This document shows, in pieces, positions 59,001 through 64,000 of a stretch of 64,000 nt of DNA. The translations under genes were made by a program, and so were the position numbers. The stretch lies in the NCBI GenBank assembly GCA_002753515.1, contig PEAK01000006.1, forward strand, positions 13,682 through 77,681. The letters are read 5' to 3'. The stretch's first letter is position 1, and the number at the start of each line of letters is the position of its first letter. Source of the stretch: Magnetococcales bacterium (lineage in GTDB: Bacteria; Pseudomonadota; Magnetococcia; Magnetococcales; UBA8363). The notes beneath the pieces were generated by a model. The model was not told where the DNA came from. It made no database searches and saw only the letters and a list, made by a program, of their open reading frames with translations.

Positions 59001-62000
59001 TCGCATCAGGATGGGTCAACGACACCGTCACCGTGCTACCCGCCTCGGCATGCCCCCGTAATACCGTATTCGCCGCATTGGTCGCCCGGCCACCGGGACG
59101 TCCCGTCTCATTGGCCAAGGCATCGATGGTGGGTAATACCGGAGCCTTGGTATCCACCGTCATGCTCCCTGCGACGGACGGACTGCTCACGACACCAAAC
59201 GCATCCTGTGCCACCGCCACCAGGCTGTGCTGGCCATCCGCCAAGGGAGCCGCATAATCCGCCGCGACAATGCTCCAAACCTGATTGGCCGTTGCGGGGT
59301 CAACAAAAGTATAGGAGGCGACACTGGTCGGAGCGCCGTTGATGACGTCAAAAATGGTAATTTGTTTGGTACCCGCCGGTGCCGTACCACTGAGCGCCGG
59401 CGTTGCTGAAGAGAACCGGGTCGACAACACCGGTGCCGCACTACTGTTTATCGTAAAACTGACCGCCCCCGAAGGCGTTCCCGACACATTGCCGCCATCG
59501 ACCGCCACCGCCACCAGATTGTGCTGACCATCCGTAAAGGAAACGGTGTAATCGGTCGGGGCAATACTCCATGCCTGATTGGCGGTCAACACCGCCGGGA
59601 AAACCACACTGGCAACCGGTGTCGCCACCCCATTGACCACGTCATCAATGCGGATACTCGCAGCTCCCACCGGTGCCGTACCACTTAAGGCGGGAGGCGC
59701 GACATTGACGTTCGTCGCCAGGGGATTGAGCGTTGGCGCACTGCCCACCACCACCCCACCCACAACGTTGGCATCATCGTTCAGGAGGGTCACATTCAAC
59801 GACGTGTCACTCCTCTGCACCCGGGTAAAGGTACCCGTGGCACTGGACGAAACAAAGAGTCCGAGCGTTTCATCCGATTCCACCAGGGTATCGCCCTGGA
59901 CATCCAGTGTCACCGTCTGGCTCGACTGGCCAGAGGCGAAAGATAACGATCCGGATACGGGACCACCAAAATCAGCCGCGTTAACCAATCCTTGTACCTG
60001 CCAATACAAGGTTTCTGCCGCAGCGGTGTTGTTGCGGGTCAGAGTCAGAGTAACCGGCATTGTGCCCGAATTGCCTTCCGAGATCGAAGCGGCTGCCACA
60101 CCGTTCACCGAGGAAACAAAGCTATAGCCACTGGCCACCGTTTCCGACTTGAGCCAGGTAATACTGCGTGTCAACACGGTTTGCGGATTGGTTTGGACAT
60201 CCTGCACGGTAAAATTGGGGAGAAAAATGGTGTTTGTCGCTGCGGCTGCATCGGCCTGAGTCGTCAGTGCCGTCTTCTGAGTGGATGTCAGGGTGTACGT
60301 CCAACCATCGAACACCGAAAGCGTGCCGGCAAAGCCAGTGCCCGTGGCCCCTGCCACAGTGGTGATGGTCGGGGGTGTTGAGACGGAATAACCCGATCCC
60401 GGTGTGGTCACGCTCACGTTACTGACCACACCGGCGGCATCGATATCAACCAACAGGGTCGCACCGCTACCCGAGGCGCTGGTCACCTGCAACACCGAGC
60501 TGCCATAGTTATTACCCGCCACGTTGACCCCGGCATTCTGGGTCAACGCGATCGTCTTGATGCTGTAGGAGCCCAGGGTGATATCGAGGGGAAAATCCTT
60601 GACTGTCCCCCCATTCGAGTAGGTCACCTTGGCCGTCAGCGGCCCGGTGTGCAGGGCGTTGACATCGGTAATGGTAAAGGGTTGATTGGCCAAGGATCCA
60701 TTGGCCTTCCAGGCCATCGTGGCGGGCTGGCTGGCAAAACCGGTGACAGTCCAGGTGAGATAACCGGCATCTTCATTACTTTTTATCAGATAAGTGGTGA
60801 TGTCCGATGCAGAAACCGAAGAGGCTATCGCCAAACTCGCCAGTGTCGCCTGGAAGGTCACATCCGCTGTAGCGCCGCTGCCGCCCAAGCCGGCAATGGC
60901 CACACCGGTTTGCGTCCATTGATTGTTGGCCAATGTCGTGTAAGCCCCGCCATCGACCAAAGTCAATCCGGTGATCGCACCATCGGTTGTCGCCGCACGA
61001 ATCTGCGCCGCCGTCCCGCCCGACAAACCCAAAGCCGTCAGCGTCACTCCACCATAACCACTACCCCCGTTGGTCGTGGTAACCGAAGTGACATACGGCG
61101 ATTGCTGCACCTGAAAGGGAGTGACGCCATTCCAGCCCAGCCACACACTGCTGGCTGTCGTTTTGCCGGTGAGAACAACATCCCCCGCCCGCGTATCCAC
61201 CGACACAATGTTCGTTCCGGCAACAGGATCAAAACGGAGCCCCGCACCGGTCGAAGTAAAGCTTGTCGCGCTGGAAGCACTGCTCACATTGCCCGCCACA
61301 TCGGTAGCGGTAACGGTCACGCTGTGCGAACCCGGTGCCAAGGCGAAATCGGGCTGAAACATCCAGGAACCATCAGCAATGGCCTTGGCGGAACCCAACA
61401 GGGAACCGCCATCATACACAGTTACCGTGGCCCCCCCCGCAACCGATCCCGCCACCCCTGAAAATTGCGGTTGCGATGAAGAGATACCAGTGCCGATCTG
61501 CGTCACGACCACAGCACCCGGTTGTACCGGTGCCGTGGTATCGCGTGCCAACGTCAGATTGGTTGTTGTGACGTTGCCGAACACATCGGTCGTCGTCAGG
61601 ACCAGGGCATAGGTTCCTTCCGTCGCCTTGGCGGGCAAGGTCGTGGACCAGGCCCCGGTGACCGGATGGGTGGTCACCACCGCGTTGGTCGCAGCACCAC
61701 CCGCCCAGGTATAGCTCAAAGACACCGTGCTACCGGGGGTGGCACTGCCGTTCAACACCAACGAAGCAGCACTGTTGTAGGTCAAGCCGTCGCTGAATGA
61801 TTTTCCATCGACAGAATCTAGTTTGACCGTCGGGGCCGCCGTGGCAGTACGTAGTTCTACCGCTTGGCTGCTGGAATTGCCGTAGGTGTCGGTGGCCACA
61901 ACAGTCACGGTTTGCAGCCCCTGACCCATGGCGGTGAAATCGGCATCGGTCAAGGTATAGCTCCAGTTACCCCCGGCACTACGGGTCACTTCACGTCCCG

Positions 62001-64000
62001 TCGCCACATTGGGAATGAGAATCCGCACCCCTTCCAGACGCACCGTTGCCGTCGCCCCACTTCCTGAAACATCGCTGATGGTCAGCGTGGGAATACTGGT
62101 ATATCCACTGCCCGGATTGGTGACCACAATATCAACGATACTACCGCCACTCAGCACAGCCACCGCCATCGCCCCGGTCCCACCGCCACCCGCAAGGGTC
62201 ACCGTGGTCGCCGCCGTATAACCACTGCCACCCGCAGTCACCTGGAGGGATTCCACCCCCGTGGCATTGGTAGTTCCGCTCAGGGTGATCTTGGCGATAT
62301 CGTTCGCCGTCGGATTTGTATTCGCATCGGCAGCACTTTTTTCGACAACGCCAATCACCGCCATGTCCGCCGGCACACTGACACTCAATGCGGGAGGATT
62401 GGCCACCACTGGCACCGCTGCCATTTGGGTGTTCGGCAAAAACGCAGACATAGAGGTACTGCCAGTCGCGCTGGTCGCAGCAACCTGCAACGGATTAACA
62501 GTATGGTTACCCCACGCGGTTTCCAAGGCGGAAAGATCGGCATCGGTCAAGCGATAACTCCACTTGCCCCCCTCCACCCAGGCGCCATGATCGGGACGAC
62601 CAGCGATCTGCACCGTCACATTGGCGCCCGGATCCACCAAGCCACCAATCACCACCCCGGCGTAAACCTCATCCAAGCTCATGCGACCATCGGCGGTCAC
62701 CGGATCAAAGGTCAATAAAATCGATGGTTCGCTGGCAGCCAAAGTCACAGCCGTGGGTGACGAATATCCACTCGCATTGCCCGCCGCATTGATCGCTTGC
62801 GCCCGGAAGGTGTAGGTGCCCAAAGCCAGCGCCGAACCTTGGACGATGCTCCAGGAGGTCACACCCGCACCCAACTGTTGACTGCCGACCAGGGTCACAC
62901 CACCCGCAGCATCCTCGACATACAACGTGACCAGGCTACCCGCTGCCGCCGTACCGGTAAACGTCAACGGGTTGCTGCTCGTGGTCACCCCATCCCCCAC
63001 CACCCCGGAATCGGTGGCAAAGGCGCTGATGGTCGGAGCTGGCAGAGCGGTCGTATCGATCGTGATAACGCGCTCGGTCATGGCACTGACGTTGTCCTGT
63101 ACATCCAACGCCTTGACCCGCAACGTATGTGTGCCGTCGGCCAGCTCGGGCAACGCCACCTTCCAGGAACCATCCGCCCCGGTGAAACCCGAGGCGATCA
63201 GGGTTTCAGCCACCCCATTCCAGCGAAACACCTGTATGCGGCTCAACGCCTCCGCCGTCCCGGACAATGGCAACTCACCACTGCCCACAACGGCATTATT
63301 GGCATGGGAACTGATCACCGGTGCCGCCGGGGGGGTGCTATCCAGCGCATTGACAGTCGCATTGACGGTGATCTGCGTGCTGGCCGTGGAACGGGCGCTA
63401 TTGCCAAACGCATCACGCAATACCGTTTGCAGGGTATAGGTTCCGTTTTTCATCGCCACGGTTGGCGTCAGCGTCACATTGGCACCGATGTCCGCCGAGG
63501 TCAGGTTACGACTGGCATAGATCCGGCCCGCACTGTCTTCCAACGTCAGCACATAGCCTTCCGCCGCTGCCGATGTCGCAATCGACACCTGTCCCGTGGC
63601 GTCGATGCGGATCCGATCCAAATCCAGATCCTGCTGCGCCGTCAGCACCACATTGCCCTGGCCGCCCGAAGCGGTAATGGTCATGGTGTCGTAGGCCGTC
63701 TTGCCCTGGTTCAAGGTGATGGTGCTGGAACCGTCCAAACGGGTGCGCGCCTGGAGCGCCGGAATCGTCCCCACCGGAACTTCCGAAGCGATTTGCGCCG
63801 TAACCTTGAGCAGGCCACGATCCATCACCTGGTAGTTCACCGTGCTGGAGTTGGTCGCCACCGCCCCCAAAGCCCATCCGGTCGCCTCGGTCCCGGCCAC
63901 CTGATACAGTGTCCCGGAACCGTCCGCATTGGCCGAAAGCAGGGTAAACGAATTTTTCGAAGCCAAAGAACCGTTGGTATTCAGGTTGTACTTGATGCCA
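41086..64000 (-). CDS. Giant surface/fibre protein (>=7,637 aa, N-terminus outside window): Ig-like modules, Calx-beta, and very long beta-solenoid repeat regions
   Basis: One uninterrupted minus-strand reading frame runs from the window edge to the TAG at 41086-41088. The track M at 63966 is a TTG, and the frame stays open through 64000 (GIKYNLNTNGS upstream). Composition is rich in T/G/V/A/S/D/N. Features include Ig-like units with TIDTTAxxAP-type linkers, a Calx-beta-like unit, hundreds of ~23-residue coil repeats and a non-repetitive C-terminal ~240 aa. Confidence 0.9.
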   Translation of the reverse strand, partial: GIKYNLNTNGSLASKNSFTLLSANADGSGTLYQVAGTEATGWALGAVATNSSTVNYQVMDRGLLKVTAQIASEVPVGTIPALQARTRLDGSSTITLNQGKTAYDTMTITASGGQGNVVLTAQQDLDLDRIRIDATGQVSIATSAAAEGYVLTLEDSAGRIYASRNLTSADIGANVTLTPTVAMKNGTYTLQTVLRDAFGNSARSTASTQITVNATVNALDSTPPAAPVISSHANNAVVGSGELPLSGTAEALSRIQVFRWNGVAETLIASGFTGADGSWKVALPELADGTHTLRVKALDVQDNVSAMTERVITIDTTALPAPTISAFATDSGVVGDGVTTSSNPLTFTGTAAAGSLVTLYVEDAAGGVTLVGSQQLGAGVTSWSIVQGSALALGTYTFRAQAINAAGNASGYSSPTAVTLAASEPSILLTFDPVTADGRMSLDEVYAGVVIGGLVDPGANVTVQIAGRPDHGAWVEGGKWSYRLTDADLSALETAWGNHTVNPLQVAATSATGSTSMSAFLPNTQMAAVPVVANPPALSVSVPADMAVIGVVEKSAADANTNPTANDIAKITLSGTTNATGVESLQVTAGGSGYTAATTVTLAGGGGTGAMAVAVLSGGSIVDIVVTNPGSGYTSIPTLTISDVSGSGATATVRLEGVRILIPNVATGREVTRSAGGNWSYTLTDADFTAMGQGLQTVTVVATDTYGNSSSQAVELRTATAAPTVKLDSVDGKSFSDGLTYNSAASLVLNGSATPGSTVSLSYTWAGGAATNAVVTTHPVTGAWSTTLPAKATEGTYALVLTTTDVFGNVTTTNLTLARDTTAPVQPGAVVVTQIGTGISSSQPQFSGVAGSVAGGATVTVYDGGSLLGSAKAIADGSWMFQPDFALAPGSHSVTVTATDVAGNVSSASSATSFTSTGAGLRFDPVAGTNIVSVDTRAGDVVLTGKTTASSVWLGWNGVTPFQVQQSPYVTSVTTTNGGSGYGGVTLTALGLSGGTAAQIRAATTDGAITGLTLVDGGAYTTLANNQWTQTGVAIAGLGGSGATADVTFQATLASLAIASSVSASDITTYLIKSNEDAGYLTWTVTGFASQPATMAWKANGSLANQPFTITDVNALHTGPLTAKVTYSNGGTVKDFPLDITLGSYSIKTIALTQNAGVNVAGNNYGSSVLQVTSASGSGATLLVDIDAAGVVSNVSVTTPGSGYSVSTPPTITTVAGATGTGFAGTLSVFDGWTYTLTSTQKTALTTQADAAAATNTIFLPNFTVQDVQTNPQTVLTRSITWLKSETVASGYSFVSSVNGVAAASISEGNSGTMPVTLTLTRNNTAAAETLYWQVQGLVNAADFGGPVSGSLSFASGQSSQTVTLDVQGDTLVESDETLGLFVSSSATGTFTRVQRSDTSLNVTLLNDDANVVGGVVVGSAPTLNPLATNVNVAPPALSGTAPVGAASIRIDDVVNGVATPVASVVFPAVLTANQAWSIAPTDYTVSFTDGQHNLVAVAVDGGNVSGTPSGAVSFTINSSAAPVLSTRFSSATPALSGTAPAGTKQITIFDVINGAPTSVASYTFVDPATANQVWSIVAADYAAPLADGQHSLVAVAQDAFGVVSSPSVAGSMTVDTKAPVLPTIDALANETGRPGGRATNAANTVLRGHAEAGSTVTVSLTHPDATTTFHTATADTSGRWSLTVAALESGQFSATATACDLHGNTRLITDGGLAGYQFAFQRATAAPTVPVISSGVAQGNTPVAVNEQKPMLSGSADANARVEMSLVSGGTYTLLGTTVAADDGLWSLGVTRPLADGQYDLVARVVDAAGNVSGYSTVQTIAIDTAGPGVTLNAVSGDDTINLVEKTNGVTLRGWVETGSEVSINLPGFADNATVTGATWTYQMTGAAFAALGIGDGRVITIAAVDQAGNRTEVQREVTVQVASLSPPSAPARTTVSFSGGTTTTDNTPDLTANPGSVGAIFNHDNRLVASSLTVNGASTINLVTDVASANLTSGLTGATNAYSMILANAQDLHLTASLKSGLMKVATGDTLTLDNVKFTQDLTTNRMDFLSGAGGVNIDLINALSQGSVYIKTAGDVKEVTTGSPLDLLTGIDPLQTGTIDRTKSIDVTAKYFEANSHNNVPVSAASTYKTALNSATGLEFSDYLLSDPTNRVRVGWKNFATSDLIQDGDRYDLAGYYLNDITGIALPAGSTLNLIGPYTATAVNVTAPNIVVTGTVSADTTVTLNGTTSVTMAPGSGLESRSNQAIAVTAGGGGLVMGDDSHITTTAAITLTTTNSGTMSLGQIDGGAGTVTITASGQLIDGDRQSNAGFQAANVTAGGILNITANGIGQNGDRIAINAATVTGLNAGSGAAYVELQRASGQTATVSSLTAAQADLYGHGGGLALTNAGVNNDLTLTADGTGLSAGVSMALGALTAGGNVTIATTTGAIIQSGTLSFTGSGKEVTVAAGSALGSTYDITLNDANNDFNTVSLVGNTVSVRDKDDLNLATSTITGALTLVTNGNLTDSGALTVAGTTSLTVGSTHDIVLDAAHDFQGMVTIVNANNVTLNDSHALSVAGSISGDFNSTAVGALSLGTLTVAGNTILNAGGGISDSGVLTLQGTTSLSTGATQDIILDTGSNDFIGMVTVTSARDITLVDANALSFSGTPSRDLSLTAGGLLTLGTTTVGNTLTMNSNGASLGTVTVSGNLILTATNDVNDTATVTVSGTTSLTAIGHSIILDTANNDFAAAVTAVNVGGLILEDRNTLTVSGAVSGLMQLQAGSALTLGATQAGSLALKSGMTMRDTGALTVSGTTTLAAGSDITFDNLNHFGQAVTITQGNDIILNDTGALVLGQMDIGGTLQVTTGGALTQAAATGLSVLGATTLTTVGGSSDITLNNSGNRFMGDVALSASRDVSVTASGALHVAASSIARNLNLTTNSGTLSDDGAWVVAGTTNIVASGQDVMLASGHDFQGTLSVAARHVVVQDINALALGTTTLSGNLTLTANGAITDPGLLQIAGMTTVTAGAANNISLNHVGNDFVGAVSVLSGNSVTLVDGDALKLGASVISGNLDVTVGGALTTSGALAVGGTTTVNATGQDITLDATGNDFVGTVALTGHNALVRDINSLILAAFTLSGDLDVQANGALSGAAAVAVTGATHLDAGANAITLNNAANDFVGLVTVVNGTDVILKDANALSVTGTAAGGGTMALTATGTMTLGVVTSTGNMSLTAGSLELDQTTVSGDLTTSVTGALTQNTDKLLRVTGTSNLSAGSLTLTNNNTLTGGVSLTTTGSATLVTTGALVLGASSVGGSLGLTAGGDITDAAALHVTGATTLTTTSGHDVIFDNLDDWGTGVTVQSARDVVLNDINTLAVAGVVTRDLTLTAVGQTTLGATRVGGQLAVSAAGIVDSGLLTIQGTTSLTAGGTNDIVLDTSGNQLSGAVTLVSARDVTLSVAAGLAISGQASRDLTLTSSGAVDLGQTTVGRDLTVTAAGMTDSGVVTVVGTTLLTMGSTHDVILDAADDFGGLLTLVSARHVTLNDTNTLDVAGTVTGNANFQSQGAMVLHTLGVGGDLATQTTNGDISQVNGAVLTADAGGTTTSFQAGGGHDITLGSAALASTLLVGRHAAIVNSEALNLTGVTLSGNLALTTAGNLTQTAAITVAGSTSLDVGTTHELVLDNSANDFIGAVTVVHSNNTVLVDHNGLTFSGQATGNAQVGAGGELFLGATQVGGVLEVLGDFTVTGDVTGHNIHLSSSAFLDMGGHSVTADGDGAILVEAAGDITLGRLLSGSGSITVHSTGGVIRDGLGTQQANVVTTGDLSLMAGSGGLNLTLWNASVDNTPAASGAIDVVAGRLLDIAAPGTVSLTRTGAQETIIGSLAADSVNLDVGSSGSLTLTQVVAGHTATLNAGAIQGVAGATNVTAATLSLTGGTLGSAGQALTLDAATIQTVTTSGAANLAIVTPLADNGTPKTVALGTANNSWNLGGGLTLVSTLANLKINGAITAQSIDMTTASGTLDMVATATMLSQGTVHLAGQAGLGIAHLAGDTTQATTQTITLESAGGTIVDRSADENANIVSAGSLLLSGRSIGSVGVGDIDVDVGRIAGVQTTLGAAFLQSLSQQDTHLGPVTVVGALNLTVNNASLDLADEVASGSLNLNVVSGDLNQTDGTSIAVDGTASLQVAGSIQLARLAGRDGAVSLAAGGDILDVSASEDANISLTTGKLTLQAAHIGTLAENINLSVAQIASVVATDFSADALGFNLASERAVVVDTLDTYGRGVLDQSGGDLTLTRRVQADSIALTVTGGGLMQNNGATLTVNKDLAVTTTGDMAVNAMTSLGGSIVLNAGGSLLDNSSAERALLTTADATKTISLSAAAIGTDNTTGDIEVATSQVITATASQGGVYLNFANSVTVQDVAAATTASLVSSNGDLNLTGTVDAAIVEFSVASGALDMGDSARIQAVDRATLTISGDATLNELAVTGGERSMTSLKVGGALLDGSTLEPTASWNIDASGLLTINAKTIGTAAEALDIHTAMIHAVTTTGDSWLAVGTETVASLGAIDAGTHAFNLTLLTGDLQVEEVVSAGSLGLTVQQGRFVMTDLSHVDGVGDVRIAASGDVLLSQVTTESGLVTITSGGSILDGTEAELANILAVGEGTGVRLSAAHGVGSNTVGGDVNLEVATLESLNAGSEGAWLQSNRTLTMGQAQIIGDLDLRVTAGNLTLTGSQSANQVNVAVDLGTLTMRDGDLLTASGAATLHSYRDLTLSRLLVTGGAVVVKSDVGGVIDGSSVETPNITVTNGVIQELTGQFIGTRFEGGAVDIAAQTVTTVTAVDGGAFLSLGGIAGQTAVIDTLKATAKGADVGLTALQGGLNLNSLLVDRDLTVNVADGVMLGAVEAGGNVVMTATSGSIGQLAGGVLLASGDDKSQTFTAGGDVILDHADNDLGALHLYATNAQVVDRDDVILGTSALGGTLTLTTGGDVRVLDKSVITSGGDTHIQVTRGDVILTGTTRLASQNDLDIQVAQGKLSGSGKGTLTAAQDVVVHAMSGMNFAGMGLLGAGRDVELTVHTGDFLTSGSQTFTAGSGQMAIGVTAGAIDLSGTSKLTAKTDLSLNVQTGSLTAKDQTTLQAETGTMAIRVGNGDVAWQGVTTLEGIDVAVTIAGSGDLTAQNKTRMTAKAGDLAVMLHDGATSFSDDSKLTASQNLLMTTGGGSSWSGTSLLTATSGLIAITVDTAGDLVFANASTLNAGANIDVAIASGNLQTSSATTLNAGQDIHVDLTHGDATLTNKSVVDAGRDLLVTLVDGNLDVSGLTTFTAGRDATVRMVSGDASFSNTFTFQAGDDLAFVTTTGDLYAHDASRFIAADDMTMQLITGDITLDGSFTADAGRDFLLGITTGNLGLTGTSIVTAARDVAVAITSGDLTASGTTDVMAEKGTLSVTVTTGNVQTTGVTTIASALDTVVAVTTGDVVWDGTTRVDAGEDLLLHLGVGNLSFTGATTLTAHRDSAWTIGQGNVTLGGMSHISSETGHLNVTVTTGDVQTTGETAIASGLDTAVTVTSGDVVWDGTTNVDAGEDLLLHLGVGNLSFTGATTLTAHRDSAWTIGQGNVTLGGTSHISSETGHLNVTVTSGDVQTTGETTITSGLETAINVTSGDVVWDGTTNVQAGEDLLLHLGVGNLSFTGATTLTAHRDSAWTIGQGNVTLGGTSHISSETGHLNVTVTSGDVQTTGETTITSGLETAVNVTSGDVVWDGTTNVQAGEDLLLHLGVGNLSFTGATTLTAHRDSAWTIGQGNVTLGGTSHISSEMGHLNVTVTSGDVQTTGGTTITSGLETAVNVTSGDVVWDGTTNVQAGEDLLLQLGIGDLSFTGATTLTAHRDTVWTIGQGNVILGGTSHISSETGHLNVTVTAGDVQTTGKTTITSGLETSVTVTSGDVVWDGTTNVHAGEDLLLQLGIGDLSFTGATTLTAHRDSVWTIGQGNVILGGTSHISSETGHLNVMVTTGDVQTTGETTITSGLETLVRVTSGDVVWDGTTNVHAGEDLLLQLGIGDLSFTGTTTLSAHCDSAWTIGQGNVILGGTSHISSETGHLNVTVTTGDVQTTGETAIASALDMVVNVSSGDVVWDGTTEVNSSENFMFSIGSGDLSFTGVTSVSAQKDIDLAIDQGSLSAIGTTNLTAKTGNLDLKIATGLLQTLGETTLYSGADAIIDVTTGVMTWDGTNTVTAANDFNLSLGTGYLGFTGLTSIRAGRDTDFMIDQGSLIARGTTNLVADGRNLNVAITQGDIYTIGKTSLIANQDIMLELTSGNVLWDGTTMARTGEDFRLNLEEGNLALNGMTTVTGHRDVDWTIDQGNVTLGGTTNVTTETGAFNVSVAAGDVKVTGVTTVDSSLDMVMSVTTGDVMWDGTSTIKTGEDFRLDMGEGHLSFTGTTTLTGHRDVDWALDQGNVTLGGTTSVTTETGAFNVSVVTGDVQTTGVTTVDSSLDMVMSVTTGDVMWDGTSTIKTGEDFRLDMGEGHLSFTGTTTLTGHRDVDWALDQGNVTLGGTTSVTTETGAFNVSVVTGDVKATGVTTVVSSLDTVMSVVTGDVVWDGTSTIKTGEDFRLDMGEGHLSFTGTTTLTGHRDAEWVIDQGNVTLGGITNVTTETGGFNVSVVTGDVKVTGVTSVTSSVDTVMSVTTGNVVWDGMTMVRTGEDFRLDIGEGHLSFTGTTMLTGHRDVDWALDRGNVTLGGTTTVTTETGGFNVSVGSGDVQTRGVTAVVVSGDAVVDIVRGDMIWDGTTSVQAGNDIQMHLEEGDLTFTGTTTLSSGRDLKTRVTTGDIHVGGSNALRAGEDYQLHLGSGNLTFTGGTTLTVHRDALVTIDQGNMRTTGTTNVTVDRDLSADVTIGNITLDGRTTIQSGEDFHLNIGTGSLALTGVSTLTAHRDMELAVDRGNQTLGGQMTLTTESGDLGLRIGTGDGTISGQSQWDAGRNLTMAIATGIMNHQGTTTLHAGYDMVIDVTSGAARWEGTTNLSSGEDVTLRMGNGLMTFSGATTVTAQRDVQVGVDHGDLTASGLTTLTAQGGHLGVTVGQGDVTWAGSSLVTAGSNLNLDITTGNLVSQGTTSLTAGYDLTVHVLTGDVGLAGSTTFTSGHDLMVQIGSASPALTGSKAQALRQATSLAQNQGNLTFAGTTTLTARGGNLGVMVQQGDISLDGFSALKAGTNVNVGVMTGTVSTRGTATWEAGLDMALKVTTGDVLFNNRTTLKSGHDVTMSLVTGNLRMSDSAHVEASHAIGITIARSGGLRMADADTLLKAGQQVDITTVDDIALDRVEAGGSVRIQSQQGAVLDNTAQGDDVIVTSNLTLGSASGVGVPAGRALHTNANTINILNTRSNGINLRNRSAFAVGDLGISNTGIGDIVLSAGGTITIKDIVYQGSGGSGLITNLPGQKVFVHSGVADGDTLGAGWASNSWQAFINQQKNVVSQNTPFSMPLVLQQFQDSTAKKMDVLDRQLAADKEAARNLGQVQPIRIAQLMETRGAILADLGLSDKSSLLGKKPDILGDLEALLRPKSRESTIFNTLGMYGNLFVPGAMSSSGMTEKIGALALEMESLASNLTLLKEGAPENGSHNVLERFINRELHEEGMFTGVLHDGAQQAKELADDTLEQPLMPQESSN
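43700..45050 (-). repeat. Tandem 279-bp (93-aa) repeats, subfamily B, about 5 copies (in-frame within the giant ORF)
   Basis: The string cacatcacgatgtcctgtcaacgttgtcgttccggtaaaggaaagatgaccttcaccc recurs near 43903, 44182, 44461 and 44740, with a diverged copy near 45019. Antisense track ORFs at 44267, 44546 and 44825 are spaced exactly 279 nt apart. The protein unit is TTLTGHRDVDWALDQGNVTLGGTTSVTTETGAFNVSV.... Confidence 0.9.
45600..47650 (-). repeat. Tandem 279-bp (93-aa) repeats, subfamily A, 7 copies (in-frame within the giant ORF)
   Basis: The string cacgatgagccgtcaaggtcgtcgcaccggtgaaggaaagat recurs near 45861 (diverged), 46141, 46420, 46699, 46978, 47257 and 47536. Antisense track ORFs at 46498, 46777 and 47056 are spaced 279 nt apart. 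The protein unit is TTLTAHRDSAWTIGQGNVTLGGTSHISSETGHLNVTVTSGDVQTTGETTITSGLETAVNVTSGDVVWDGTTNVQAGEDLLLHLGVGNLSFTGA. Confidence 0.9.
59830..60100 (-). other. Calx-beta-like domain within the giant ORF
   Basis: The segment ...ISEGNSGTMPVTLTLTRNNTAAAETLYWQVQGLVNAADFGGPVSGSLSFASGQSSQTVTLDVQGDTLVESDETLGLFV... matches the Calx-beta pattern (E..G...v.v.R.G......v.y.t..gtA....Df....g.l.F..ge....i.v.i..D...E..E.f.l.L). Confidence 0.6.

Noticed and set aside
41086-64000. Calling the giant protein a classical RTX/T1SS adhesin because of the neighbouring HlyD gene.
   Set aside because: I found no GGxGxD nonapeptide repeats in the C-terminal third, and no ABC or TolC genes are present. The secretion route is therefore left open.
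1-64000. A scan for tRNA, rRNA and tmRNA genes, especially near the putative island boundaries.
   Set aside because: Reading by eye, I found no T-loop-like GGTTCGAATCC-type motif in a cloverleaf context and no rRNA-like conserved stretch. A tRNAscan or Infernal run would be needed for certainty.

Overview
This 64-kb window comes from a Gram-negative, proteobacterial-type chromosome, judged from BamD, a sigma-54/NtrC-type regulator, HtpX and an NhaR-like LysR regulator. I cannot assign a species. GC looks mid-50s percent by eye, with a few sharply AT-rich patches. I can support about 36 protein-coding genes plus several pseudogene fragments. I saw no rRNA, tRNA or CRISPR array.

Layout:
1. Left edge: a truncated phage-type CI/LexA-like repressor, followed by a roughly 600-bp AT-rich spacer.
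2. Minus-strand housekeeping block: bamD, an acyl-CoA ligase, an alpha/beta hydrolase, bcp and a rubrerythrin-like gene.
3. Accessory islet at 5.2-9.75 kb: an AlbA_2-like pseudogene, a HepT/MntA toxin-antitoxin (TA) pair, a palindromic MITE-like element, an unassigned overlapping two-gene module (a PPR-like 44-aa repeat protein plus a 123-aa protein), and a DinJ/YafQ pair.
4. An M16C protease, divergent from qmoA-qmoB-hdrC-hdrB, followed by purU, a DUF218 gene and cfa.
5. A compositionally mosaic HD-GYP/hemerythrin gene, and a minus-strand operon encoding a HAD phosphatase, a class-III aminotransferase and a Cys-elbow hydrolase fused to an acyltransferase-like domain.
6. A DUF2249-like/hemerythrin protein divergent from a 12-TM protein of unknown function, then a module of substrate-binding protein, histidine kinase and NtrC-type regulator.
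7. A Tim44-like gene, htpX and an nhaR-like gene.
8. A GAF-HlyD membrane-fusion protein, a 0.7-kb graveyard of mobile-element and TA fragments, and a single giant minus-strand ORF (>=7,637 codons, >=22.9 kb) that runs off the right edge. This ORF contains two families of near-identical 279-bp tandem repeats.

The most unusual items are the giant solenoid protein with its degraded secretion context, the PPR-like/123-aa gene pair, and the soluble QmoAB-HdrCB cluster.

All homology calls come from reading motifs in the translations, not from database searches.
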